Origin: Candidatus Nomurabacteria bacterium
GTDB lineage: Bacteria > Patescibacteriota > Minisyncoccia > Phycocordibacterales > UBA9973
Length of the DNA stretch: 64,000 bases
Direction: 5' to 3'
Assembly: GCA_021413905.1 (NCBI GenBank)
Contig: JAIOPO010000004.1
Span: 1,597-65,596 of the forward strand
Below, in pieces: positions 31,265-40,388 of this stretch. A program made the translations under genes and the position numbers. Each line of letters begins with the position of its first letter. The first letter of the stretch is position 1. The notes below the pieces were generated by a model, which ran no database searches, had not been told where the DNA came from, and saw nothing but the letters and a program-made list of their open reading frames with translations.

Positions 31265-31762
31265 TTAGCACATTTTTGAAAGTGTTTCTTTTATCTCTTT
31301 ATTATTATGAACAATGAAAACTTGTTTTGTATCTTTATAGCTTTCAGCTAAGACAAGCATTTCTTTGTTTGGCCATAGGAGAATGTATTTTATTAAATCA
31401 AAACTAATCTTTTGTTTTGCTCCATCTGGTTTATCAAATGGCTTATCTGTATTAAAAATTCTTACAAAAGCTCTCCATACACATCTCCACTTTGGAAAAT
31501 CAAAAAATATAATTACATCAGCTCTTTCTAATCTACTAGGAAGAGTTTTTTTATAATTACCATCAATAATCCATTTGTCTTGTTTTACAAATGGCTCTAC
31601 TGCATTTTTAAATTCCATTTTTGTGGAATATACTTCTTTCCAGTCTTTAGTCCAGTACAATTTATCAAGATGCACCACTGGTAAATCTAATTTCTTTCCA
31701 AGCTCATTTGCCAATGTAGACTTCCCTGATCCAGATACTCCAAAAATAGTTATTCGATCCAT
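31265..31762 (-). CDS. P-loop NTPase, topology-modulation (FlaR)/adenylate-kinase-like putative nucleotide kinase
   Basis: Walker A GVSGSGKST at the N-terminus and a WIIDGNY motif. Confidence 0.55.
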   Translation of the reverse strand: MDRITIFGVSGSGKSTLANELGKKLDLPVVHLDKLYWTKDWKEVYSTKMEFKNAVEPFVKQDKWIIDGNYKKTLPSRLERADVIIFFDFPKWRCVWRAFVRIFNTDKPFDKPDGAKQKISFDLIKYILLWPNKEMLVLAESYKDTKQVFIVHNNKEIKETLSKMC

Positions 31763-31795
31763 AAAATTATTCTATCACAGAATTCCAATAACTCA

Positions 31796-31815
31796 ATCTA
31801 CGCCATGGCGTAGAT
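31796..31815. repeat. Perfect 20-bp palindrome ATCTACGCCATGGCGTAGAT (copy 1)
   Basis: Read from sequence; 8 nt downstream of the Cas2-like stop and ~34 nt upstream of the kinase start. Confidence 0.8.
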
Positions 31816-31822
31816 ATAAAAT

Positions 31823-32200
31823 CTACATACTACTCTTTTTTGTATCATAAGGTTTAGCTAATTTAAAAGTTTTAAAGTTATCCCCTATTTTTATTTCTTT
31901 CAAATAGCTCGTAAAATCTTTCGGTAAGGGTGAAGGTCCTACCCAAACACTTTTTTGAATCATTACATAACCGAACTTAATTAAATGCCTACGAAACCAA
32001 TCGCGTTCTTTCTTTTGCTCACTAGGAATGTCGTACATGATGATTAAATTTTTTACAGAATCTTTTTGAAAAGGTGACAAAAAAGAGCCAAGATAAAGCC
32101 GCTTTGGATTTTTTATTATTGAATTTTTCTTTTCGCTAATTAAAATGGGTAAACCAAAAGAATTTACTTTTACACCTTTATAATATTTAGACATGAACAT
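31823..32200 (-). CDS. Cas2-family protein (type II Cas2-like core) with ~50-aa N-terminal extension; orphan, no cas1 or CRISPR array in window
   Basis: IIMYDIPSEQKKERDWFRRHLIKFGYVMIQKSVW aligns with SpyCas2 [37 protein letters not shown]. The core may start at the internal Met (~32038). Confidence 0.55.
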   Translation of the reverse strand: MFMSKYYKGVKVNSFGLPILISEKKNSIIKNPKRLYLGSFLSPFQKDSVKNLIIMYDIPSEQKKERDWFRRHLIKFGYVMIQKSVWVGPSPLPKDFTSYLKEIKIGDNFKTFKLAKPYDTKKSSM

Positions 32201-32216
32201 ATTATACCACCAAAAT

Positions 32217-32239
32217 TCATCTACGCCATGGCTGAGATG
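32217..32239. repeat. Degenerate second copy of the 20-bp palindrome (ATCTACGCCATGGCTGAGAT)
   Basis: Differs from copy 1 by a gt->tg swap; lies 17 nt upstream of the Cas2-like ORF start. Confidence 0.7.
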
Positions 32240-32288
32240 TAAGAAAAGTTATTCTTTCTATTCGAAATAAAAGCTTTTAGTTGATTAT

Positions 32289-32933
32289 TTAATAACTAAA
32301 GTCTTGTATCTTTAAAAATACAAGATTATCTTTTTTATTATCGTCATAAAAACCATTTATAAATTTCTCGAAAACATCCCATTCTTTATGGTATCCATAA
32401 ATAAATTTATTATATTGTTTTAAATATTTTGGCAAAAATTTCATAAACGCAAATTCAGAAAGAATATAATGAGTTCCAATTTGAATATCACTTAATTCAA
32501 TACTTTTCTTTTTAAAAGGATTTTCTATCAAAACATTTTTTGTTGCTTGATTTATATCTTTTTCAAAGTCTTTATTTGTAAAATATAAATTTTTAACGTA
32601 ATTATATTCTTTTTTATAATCATTATTATTTTCAATATTTTCTTTTTGCCAATCAAAAACTAGAATATGACTTTCATTAAGATTTTGATTTTTAATAGAT
32701 CTTTTTACTCTATTTTTAAAATTATTACCTTGAGGAATTGCTTTTTTACCACGTGCAATATTTTCTGAATAACCAAGAGCTAGGTATGTTGAAATTGCTG
32801 GAACATCTGGAATAAATATTCCTAAATTTAAATACTCATCTGAATATTTTTTTAATATCCTATCAATAACCTCTTGTTTAAAGTAGCCATTACCAGGACT
32901 CATCCCTATAACTAAAAAATCTTCTACGTTCAT
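32289..32933 (-). CDS. tRNA-dependent cyclodipeptide synthase (CDPS family, NYH subtype)
   Basis: VIGMSPGNGYF matches the catalytic-Ser box (AlbC GISAGNSYF, YvmC GISPFNSRF). YILSE matches the AlbC Y178/E182 box (YVLAE). YGYHKEW matches the Y202-H203 box. ATG lies 2 nt after the glyS stop. Confidence 0.7.
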   Translation of the reverse strand: MNVEDFLVIGMSPGNGYFKQEVIDRILKKYSDEYLNLGIFIPDVPAISTYLALGYSENIARGKKAIPQGNNFKNRVKRSIKNQNLNESHILVFDWQKENIENNNDYKKEYNYVKNLYFTNKDFEKDINQATKNVLIENPFKKKSIELSDIQIGTHYILSEFAFMKFLPKYLKQYNKFIYGYHKEWDVFEKFINGFYDDNKKDNLVFLKIQDFSY

Positions 32934-32935
32934 TT

Positions 32936-34264
32936 CTAATTCAATTTATTTTTTATATAAGAAATTAATTCAGAAATTTTTATTCTTTCTTGGTTTCCGG
33001 TATCTCGATCGCGGATAGTCACAGTATCCAAAAGCTCTGGATTTTCACCAAGGGTGTCGAAGTCGATGACGATGCACCACGGCGTGCCGATTTCGTCTTG
33101 TCGGCGATAACGCTTGCCGATGTTGCCATTGTCATCCCAAGCCACACGGCCGAATTCTTTTTTTAACATAGAAAATACTTCCCTACTTTTTGATACTAAT
33201 TCTGGTTTATTTTTCAACAGTGGAGACACAGCACAAAGCACAGGGGCAATTTGTGGACGAAGTTTTAAATATATACGAACTTCTCCACCCATTTCATCTT
33301 CAGTATATGCAGATAATAATATAGCTAATAATGCCCTCTCTACACCAAATGAAGGCTCTATCACATGTGGAGTAATCTTTTCGCTGTTCTCCTCGTCTAC
33401 ATATTCAAGCTTGTGTATCTTCAAATCAAAATCTCCTCGATATGCAAGACCGAAAAGCTCTTTTCGGCCAAAAGGATAATCAAACTCAAAATCTACTGTG
33501 CGTTTTGAGTAGTGTGCCAAATCTTCTGATACTACTTCAAGCTCGTGTACTTTATTCATATCAATACCCACGCTACTCATCCATAAATGCATTTCATTTT
33601 TCAATTCATTAAAAGCATTTTCCCAATTATTTTCTCGTACAAAATATTCTATTTCCATTTGCTCAAATTCACGAGAACGAAAAATAAAATCTCTGGGTGT
33701 AATTTCATTTCTAAAAGCTTTACCAATTTGAGCAATACCAAATGGAATCTTTGGATGATGTGTGTCCACAATGTTTTTAAAATTCACAAATATTCCTTGT
33801 GCAGTCTCTGGGCGAAGATATGAAATAGCAGAGGAATCTTCTGAGGCTCCCACTTTTGTTTGAAACATCATATTGAATTGGCGAGCTTCCCCTAGTTTGC
33901 CTCCACAATCAGCACAATTATTTTTATCTTCAATTTGATCTATTCGAAAACGATGCTGACATTTTTCACATTCTACCATTGGATCTGCAAAATGCTCCGC
34001 ATGTCCGGTAGCTTGCCACACTTCTTGACGCATCAAGATTGCAGCACGAATACCATACATATCTTCACGATTAGAAACAAATTTTTCCCACCAAGAATTT
34101 TTTATATTATTTAAAATTTCATTTCCAAAATGCCCATAATCCCAAGTGCCCGCAAATCCCCCGTAAATTTCAGAACCCGGAAAAATAAAACCGCGTCTCT
34201 TACAAAGACTCACTATTTTTTCCATTAACTCACTTTCTTCTTTTTTATTTTCTTTATTAGACAT
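32936..34264 (-). CDS. glyS: Glycyl-tRNA synthetase (class II, dimeric archaeal/eukaryotic-like type)
   Basis: Class II motifs and the GlyRS-specific FIFPGSEIYGG...WDYG region. Confidence 0.9.
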   Translation of the reverse strand: MSNKENKKEESELMEKIVSLCKRRGFIFPGSEIYGGFAGTWDYGHFGNEILNNIKNSWWEKFVSNREDMYGIRAAILMRQEVWQATGHAEHFADPMVECEKCQHRFRIDQIEDKNNCADCGGKLGEARQFNMMFQTKVGASEDSSAISYLRPETAQGIFVNFKNIVDTHHPKIPFGIAQIGKAFRNEITPRDFIFRSREFEQMEIEYFVRENNWENAFNELKNEMHLWMSSVGIDMNKVHELEVVSEDLAHYSKRTVDFEFDYPFGRKELFGLAYRGDFDLKIHKLEYVDEENSEKITPHVIEPSFGVERALLAILLSAYTEDEMGGEVRIYLKLRPQIAPVLCAVSPLLKNKPELVSKSREVFSMLKKEFGRVAWDDNGNIGKRYRRQDEIGTPWCIVIDFDTLGENPELLDTVTIRDRDTGNQERIKISELISYIKNKLN

Positions 34265-34276
34265 ATTTATATTAAA

Positions 34277-36217
34277 TTATTGTATAACAGTATTGGACCC
34301 TGCCGAAGCATTCGAATCATTTGATAAACTTATATTAAGCGTGCCTTTATTGACCTGTATATTCACATTAGCAAAATCATCGTGTCCCGTCAAAACGAGA
34401 TTATTTACCAATGTCGGAGATGTAGCCACTTGAGAAGAAGAAGGAGTAAATGCTAATTGAAAAGATATTTCTCTATCGGCTTCTGTAATACCAGTTCCGC
34501 GTGGAATACCGCCGATATTCCAAACTAAATCATGAGTTGAAGGATTGTAATTCAAATCTTCATTTGCCGGAGAAATACTTCCGACAAATCTGACCCATGG
34601 TGGCAATGTCGTCATGAGTTGAGCTTTGGAAATATTGTTGGCTGTATTTGAAAGAGTCCAGACTACTGTATAGGTAGTCTCTTGTCCGACTTTCGGAGGA
34701 ATGGGTCCATTATTTTTAAATGAACCGGAATAATACAAAATTTTATTTGCAATACCTAAATCAGAAGTGATACGAATTATTTTTGATTCAGAATTATTTA
34801 ATTGTTGCAATACATTGCCTTCTACAGCTTGTTTGCCATTTATAGAAACATCGATATTTACAGTGGGTGAATTTGCAATACTCCCTGCAGAAAATAAAGA
34901 TATTGGAGAAAATGAAAAAGACAAAGCACCAGACGCTCCGGGTTCTACTTCAGACAAAGTACTATCAGCATTTTTATCCCAAATAATAGTATTTTGATTT
35001 GAATCATAAAATCCACCTTGTGTATTTATGGTTTTCCTATTCACAGCATTGCCGGAAATCTTTGCGACAATTTGCAAATCATTTACTTTTGTAGGTAAAT
35101 TATTTACCCAATTTATTTGTCCTTGTATTGGTGTTTTAGAATCCACTGCGTATTCTCTTTGGTATACTCCATTTATAAAAAGCTGAGCATCGATAAATGG
35201 TTTTTTGATATTTATAGTATGACCTAAAGAATTAAATACAATACCTATCAAAGTCTTGTCATTGTCAGCTTGTGAACCACTCCAAACATGAAAAGTTTTA
35301 TCTTCACCATCGGAAACATCGGACATTTTGCCTAAAATTGTAATATTGCTTTCTGCTCCTGGAGCCAAATCACCCAAAGACCAAACGTTATTACCAAAAG
35401 AAGGCATCGGTATTGCTTTATCAAATTGAAAACCAATAGGATAATCCACTCTTAACAACATTTTATTTACTGTTTTTGTTGAATTGAGAGTCGCTTTTAT
35501 ATTCAAAGTAATATCTTGATTCGGACTTGCTTCTGTCGGCGCATCTATGGATAAATTAATCGGGGCTGAACTTATAGACACAGGATAATCTTTTTCTTTT
35601 ACGAAAATAGCATTGGAGCCTTCGACCCTGTATTCAATTGAAATCTTTACTGGTTGAATACTGTCTTGTTCTCCAAACAAAACTATTTTTGTATTTTCAG
35701 TATGAACAGATCCGGCTGATACCGTTCCGATTGATTGACGCAAATGCGACATATTTCCGGAAGCATCACTGGAGCCTTTTGGATAATCAATAACGAGATC
35801 CACTAATTGCAAATCGGCATTATTTCTATTTGTTATTTCTATTTGCAAAGGCAATTCTTCCCCACCGGCAGTAAAAGTATTTCCCAAAACAGCAATATCT
35901 ATATTGTCATTCGACACTGTATTTCCGCCAAAGAAAAAAGAATACGAAGCAAATAACATAGCCAATATAAAAAAACCTATCGAGAACATAAAGAATTTCT
36001 TGAACATTGAAGTTTTCATAAAAAATTTATTCATAGTATTTTCTTGTTTTTCCGTAGCCCAAACATCAGGCACGTCTATTTCTTTTGATTCTGAAAAACT
36101 CGTATGATATGGGTCGTGCACTTTATAACCCTTGCTAAACAATCTGACTTTCATCTCTTCAAGTCTATTTAATTTACCTTTATCATTTTCTAACATCTGA
36201 TAATTATACCATTTCAA
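34277..36217 (-). CDS. Hypothetical membrane-anchored large protein with repeated beta-sandwich-like extracellular segments
   Basis: Single TM helix after a ~70-aa cytoplasmic N-terminus; Asn/Ser/Thr-rich beta-type repeats. Confidence 0.35.
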   Translation of the reverse strand: MKWYNYQMLENDKGKLNRLEEMKVRLFSKGYKVHDPYHTSFSESKEIDVPDVWATEKQENTMNKFFMKTSMFKKFFMFSIGFFILAMLFASYSFFFGGNTVSNDNIDIAVLGNTFTAGGEELPLQIEITNRNNADLQLVDLVIDYPKGSSDASGNMSHLRQSIGTVSAGSVHTENTKIVLFGEQDSIQPVKISIEYRVEGSNAIFVKEKDYPVSISSAPINLSIDAPTEASPNQDITLNIKATLNSTKTVNKMLLRVDYPIGFQFDKAIPMPSFGNNVWSLGDLAPGAESNITILGKMSDVSDGEDKTFHVWSGSQADNDKTLIGIVFNSLGHTINIKKPFIDAQLFINGVYQREYAVDSKTPIQGQINWVNNLPTKVNDLQIVAKISGNAVNRKTINTQGGFYDSNQNTIIWDKNADSTLSEVEPGASGALSFSFSPISLFSAGSIANSPTVNIDVSINGKQAVEGNVLQQLNNSESKIIRITSDLGIANKILYYSGSFKNNGPIPPKVGQETTYTVVWTLSNTANNISKAQLMTTLPPWVRFVGSISPANEDLNYNPSTHDLVWNIGGIPRGTGITEADREISFQLAFTPSSSQVATSPTLVNNLVLTGHDDFANVNIQVNKGTLNISLSNDSNASAGSNTVIQ

Positions 36218-36238
36218 ACAAAATTTTAAAATGTCTTT

Positions 36239-36820
36239 TTACAAATGTGTTTCTTTTAAAGCACGATTTATTTCATTTAATATTTTCAAACGATTTTTAC
36301 CCATTTCAAAAATCAAATCTTCTTCAAATGGTGATTTTGTGAATTTTCCAAAATCATCCCCCGCTCCGACATAACCTAAATTATTTAGAATACGCAATAC
36401 CATGACAGATTCTATATTTTTTATTTCTTCTTTATTTTCAGCTTTTTCCAAAACCGAAAAACCTGAAATCAAATCGGTAAACAAAATATCATTTTTTTCT
36501 TCTCCCGCCAACAGGCGTTTCAGTAAACGCGCAATATTAAAAATTATTGCGAAAGTATCCGGATTTCTAGAAAGATTCTCTAGAGCATTTGTTTTCGATG
36601 CACTAGTCAAACGCCAAAAATCTTTACCCCGCACGAGGTCGAGTTTGATATAAGAAAAATCCTGCAAAACATAACGAAGTTTCGAAGACATTTTTCGCAC
36701 ACCTTGCGCAGATGCAAAAATCATCCCTAAATCACGCGTAAAAATGTAATAACATTTCCCCGCCTCGCCATAATTCTTGCTTCCCAATATTATTCCCTCC
36801 GTGTGATAAATGTGATGCAT
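36239..36820 (-). CDS. recO: DNA repair protein RecO
   Basis: N-terminal OB-fold pattern TEGIILGSKNYGEAGKCYYIFTRDLGMIFASAQGVRK. Confidence 0.65.
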   Translation of the reverse strand: MHHIYHTEGIILGSKNYGEAGKCYYIFTRDLGMIFASAQGVRKMSSKLRYVLQDFSYIKLDLVRGKDFWRLTSASKTNALENLSRNPDTFAIIFNIARLLKRLLAGEEKNDILFTDLISGFSVLEKAENKEEIKNIESVMVLRILNNLGYVGAGDDFGKFTKSPFEEDLIFEMGKNRLKILNEINRALKETHL

Positions 36821-36864
36821 AAAATTAAACTAAACCTTTCCTAAAGGGAAAGATTTTCATACCT

Positions 36865-39800
36865 TTATTCTATCACAACCTTAAATACCAATTCGTTGAT
36901 TTTTATTTCATTGCCGTCATTTTTTGTAAAATCAATTTGTTTAACGCCGACAATCTTCAAAAATTCATCTTTGAATTTATTTATTATTTCTTTGCCTTTT
37001 TCATCAGTATCAATTTTCAACACTATCAAATCACTAGGCATCAAACCTTTTGTTTTCCGCATATCTTGCACAGCTCGCACTAGCTCGCGATAATTGCCTT
37101 CTATTTTTAATTCTGGTGTGATTTCTGTATCTAATTTTATAACATCTTCTACATTTTCAGATTTAATAAATTCAACATTTTTTATATTCAATTCTTCTTT
37201 TAGAATCTCTATATAATTTATATTAAATTCATGATAAAAAATTTGAATATTACTCAAAGGCTGTCTTACGGGAATTCCTGATTTTTGTCTTTCTTTTAAA
37301 CCAGATGAAACAATTTCTCTGACTTGTTTCATATTTTCTAAAATTTCATCATTAAAATTTAAAATATTTACTTCCGGCCATTCTGCCAAATGTACAGATT
37401 CTACATCATTTTTATTTTTTAATTTTTGCCAAATATCTTCGGACGCAAAAGGCGCAAATGGGGCCATAATTTTCACTAAATTTTTCAACACAAAATACAG
37501 AGTTTGTTTTGCTTCGATATCTCCATTTTTAATTCTCTCTCTTGAACGACGCAAATACCAAGTAGAAAGATCATCGATAAAATCACGAACAGCACGCACT
37601 GGTTCCAATGTTCTATAATTGTCTAAATTATCTGTTACAGTTTTATTCAATTCATTTAAACGCGCCAAAATCCATTGATCTAAAATATTTTCAGATTTTA
37701 ATTCTGTGAATACTTCTAATTGTGGATCTCTATAGAGTTCATAAAAAGCGACGACGTTATAAAGCAAACCAAAAAATTGACGATGAATTTCCATGACAGT
37801 TCTCTCATCAAAATTCTTTGATTCACCCGGTTGATTTACGGAATACATCCAAAGACGAATAGTGTCCGCGCCATATTTTTCAAACATAAGCCAAGGGTCC
37901 ACGACATTTCCTTTTGACTTTGACATTTTTTGTCCATTTGCGTCTAAGATATGCCCCAAACAAACGACATTTTTATAAGCATTACCAGGTTCATCAGAAA
38001 GTAAATTTATAACTGCATGCAAAGTATAAAACCATCCGCGAGTCTGATCTATCGCTTCAGAAATATAATCCGCTTTTATCGGATTAAAATCAATCTCTTT
38101 ACCCAGAATATGATTTTGAGCATAAGGCATAGCCCCAGAATCAAACCACACATCCATCACTTCTCCCGTGCGAATCATTTTTTGACCATTATCTTCCAAA
38201 ACTATCTCATCAATATATGGCTTATGAAAATCCAATTCGTAATTTGCATTATGAGGTAATGGCACAAAATCTAATTCCTTGATTTCAGCATTTTGAAAAA
38301 AATGAAAATCTTTTTTATCTAAAATCATTTTTAATGTTTCTTTTACATTTTTTCCTTCAATACCTGCACACAACAACCAAGCAGGACCACCATGAGTCAC
38401 AAATAAAATATTTTTGTCTTTGTATTTTTCTTCAACATCATACAAAAATGCTGTCATACGATTTTTCACATCTTGATATGATTCATCATCCTCTACATGC
38501 AAATTAAAATTTGCTTCCGTTTTTATGTGATATTTATGATATTCTTCCCAATTCTTTCCATCAAAAGAATACGCTCCTATTTCTCGCAGTCTTTCATCTT
38601 TGATAATATTTTCTTTATTCAATCCCAATTTTTGAGCGACGATTTCCGCAGTTTCAATAGTACGAGTAAAATCAGAAGTAAATATCAAATCAATTTTTTT
38701 ATCTTTCAGAAATTCTGCGGAAATTTCCACTTGCTCTTTACCGTCTTTATCTAAATGCCATTTACCTGAAGGTTGTGTGCAAATTATATTTTTTTTATTT
38801 GCTTCTGTTTCTCCATGTCTCATTACAAAATATTTATTGCCTGATTTTTTAGTATATTTTTTCAAATCAGCCAAAGAACCGACAACTTTATAAGAGCCAT
38901 CTTCTTTTTGCCAAACAGGTATCGGTGTACCCCAATATCTATCTCTGGATATAGCCCAATCTTTTATACCATCAAGCCATTCACCAAAACGTCCTTTTTT
39001 AATATATTCCGGCTCCCAATTTATTTTTTCATTTCCTGCGAGCAATTGTTCGCGAAGCGCACTCATGCGGAAATACCAAGAAGAACGTGCGTAATAAATG
39101 AGCGGTGTATCACAACGCCAACAATGCGGATAGCTATGCATATAATTTTCTTTTTTAAACAAAAGACTTCGTTCTGTTAAATGATTTATTATATCCACAG
39201 CCAAAGTAGGTTTACCGTTCTCATCTGTTTCTTTTACATATCTACCTGCTAAGAAATCCGTACCGATGACGAATTTTCCTTCTTCATTTACTGTATGATA
39301 TTTAGGCAAACCGACTTTTGTACCAAGCTCAAAATCATCTGCTCCATACATAACAGCGGTATGCACTATACCCGTACCGTCAGTAGTCGTAACAAAATCC
39401 GCTCCGTAAATTTTAAAAGCATTTTTTATTTTTTCATCATCTTTAGCCAAATCTTTTAAATATGGGAACAATGGTTCGTATTCCATACCAATCATTTCAC
39501 TGCCTTTATGTTCAGCAATAATTTCATACGGCTGATTTAATATTTCCAATCTTTCTTTTGCCAACACTAAAATCTCATCACCGACTTTTGCCTCAACGTA
39601 AATAAAATCATTACCAACTGCAAGTCCGACATTTCCCGGTAAAGTCCAAGGCGTTGTCGTCCATGCCAAAAAATATGCGTGATCGAAATTTTTAATTTTA
39701 AATTTTATATATACGGACAAATCTTTCACATCCTTATATGCTCCCGGTTGTGAGAGTTCATGACTTGAGAGGGCCGTACCACAACGTGTACACCAAGGCA

Positions 39801-40344
39801 AAACCTTAAAATCTTTATATAAAAATCCTCTATCATTTATTTTCTTTACAACACCCCACAATGCTTCTATATAACTGTTTTCATATGTCACATATGGATT
39901 TTCTTGGTCAATCCAATAACCCATTCTTTCTGTAAATTTATTCCAAAATTCCAAATATTCCCAAACATTCTCTTTACACTTTTGATTAAAAAGTTTTACA
40001 CCATAATTTTCTATTTCTTTTTTTGATTTTAAACCAAGAGCTTTTTCCACAGCCAATTCAACAGGCAAACCATGTGTATCCCAACCCCCTTTTCTACCAA
40101 CATGAAAACCTTGCATTGTTTTGTAACGAGGAACAACATCTTTGAAAGAACGAGCTTCTAAATGATGAATACCTGGTTTACCATTTGCTGTCGGTGGTCC
40201 TTCATAAAAAATATAATCTCCTTTTGGATTATCTTTTCGATTTATCGTCTTTTCAAAAATTTTATTTTCTTTCCAGAATTCTAAAACTTTTTCCTCACGC
40301 AAAGCTGTCTCACTTTTTGTAATATTTTCTTTATTTTCAGACAT
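36865..40344 (-). CDS. ileS: Isoleucyl-tRNA synthetase carrying an inserted histidine-phosphatase (PGAM-like) domain
   Basis: PGIHHLEA (HIGH), KMSKS and CP1 editing region are present. Between the WAISRDRYWGTPIP and DVWFDSG motifs lies a ~170-aa RHGETEAN...IFTSDFTRTIETAEIV...VTHGGP insert. Confidence 0.9.
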   Translation of the reverse strand: MSENKENITKSETALREEKVLEFWKENKIFEKTINRKDNPKGDYIFYEGPPTANGKPGIHHLEARSFKDVVPRYKTMQGFHVGRKGGWDTHGLPVELAVEKALGLKSKKEIENYGVKLFNQKCKENVWEYLEFWNKFTERMGYWIDQENPYVTYENSYIEALWGVVKKINDRGFLYKDFKVLPWCTRCGTALSSHELSQPGAYKDVKDLSVYIKFKIKNFDHAYFLAWTTTPWTLPGNVGLAVGNDFIYVEAKVGDEILVLAKERLEILNQPYEIIAEHKGSEMIGMEYEPLFPYLKDLAKDDEKIKNAFKIYGADFVTTTDGTGIVHTAVMYGADDFELGTKVGLPKYHTVNEEGKFVIGTDFLAGRYVKETDENGKPTLAVDIINHLTERSLLFKKENYMHSYPHCWRCDTPLIYYARSSWYFRMSALREQLLAGNEKINWEPEYIKKGRFGEWLDGIKDWAISRDRYWGTPIPVWQKEDGSYKVVGSLADLKKYTKKSGNKYFVMRHGETEANKKNIICTQPSGKWHLDKDGKEQVEISAEFLKDKKIDLIFTSDFTRTIETAEIVAQKLGLNKENIIKDERLREIGAYSFDGKNWEEYHKYHIKTEANFNLHVEDDESYQDVKNRMTAFLYDVEEKYKDKNILFVTHGGPAWLLCAGIEGKNVKETLKMILDKKDFHFFQNAEIKELDFVPLPHNANYELDFHKPYIDEIVLEDNGQKMIRTGEVMDVWFDSGAMPYAQNHILGKEIDFNPIKADYISEAIDQTRGWFYTLHAVINLLSDEPGNAYKNVVCLGHILDANGQKMSKSKGNVVDPWLMFEKYGADTIRLWMYSVNQPGESKNFDERTVMEIHRQFFGLLYNVVAFYELYRDPQLEVFTELKSENILDQWILARLNELNKTVTDNLDNYRTLEPVRAVRDFIDDLSTWYLRRSRERIKNGDIEAKQTLYFVLKNLVKIMAPFAPFASEDIWQKLKNKNDVESVHLAEWPEVNILNFNDEILENMKQVREIVSSGLKERQKSGIPVRQPLSNIQIFYHEFNINYIEILKEELNIKNVEFIKSENVEDVIKLDTEITPELKIEGNYRELVRAVQDMRKTKGLMPSDLIVLKIDTDEKGKEIINKFKDEFLKIVGVKQIDFTKNDGNEIKINELVFKVVIE

Positions 40345-40388
40345 AATAGGATTTTAGCATAAATTGAACTTTTTTCCAGCCCAAAAAA

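Noticed and set aside
31823-32200. Cas2-like ORF as evidence of a CRISPR-Cas locus
   Set aside because: No cas1, no other cas genes and no direct-repeat/spacer array anywhere in the window. The two flanking palindromes are 400 bp apart and do not form an array. Reported as an orphan Cas2-family gene only.
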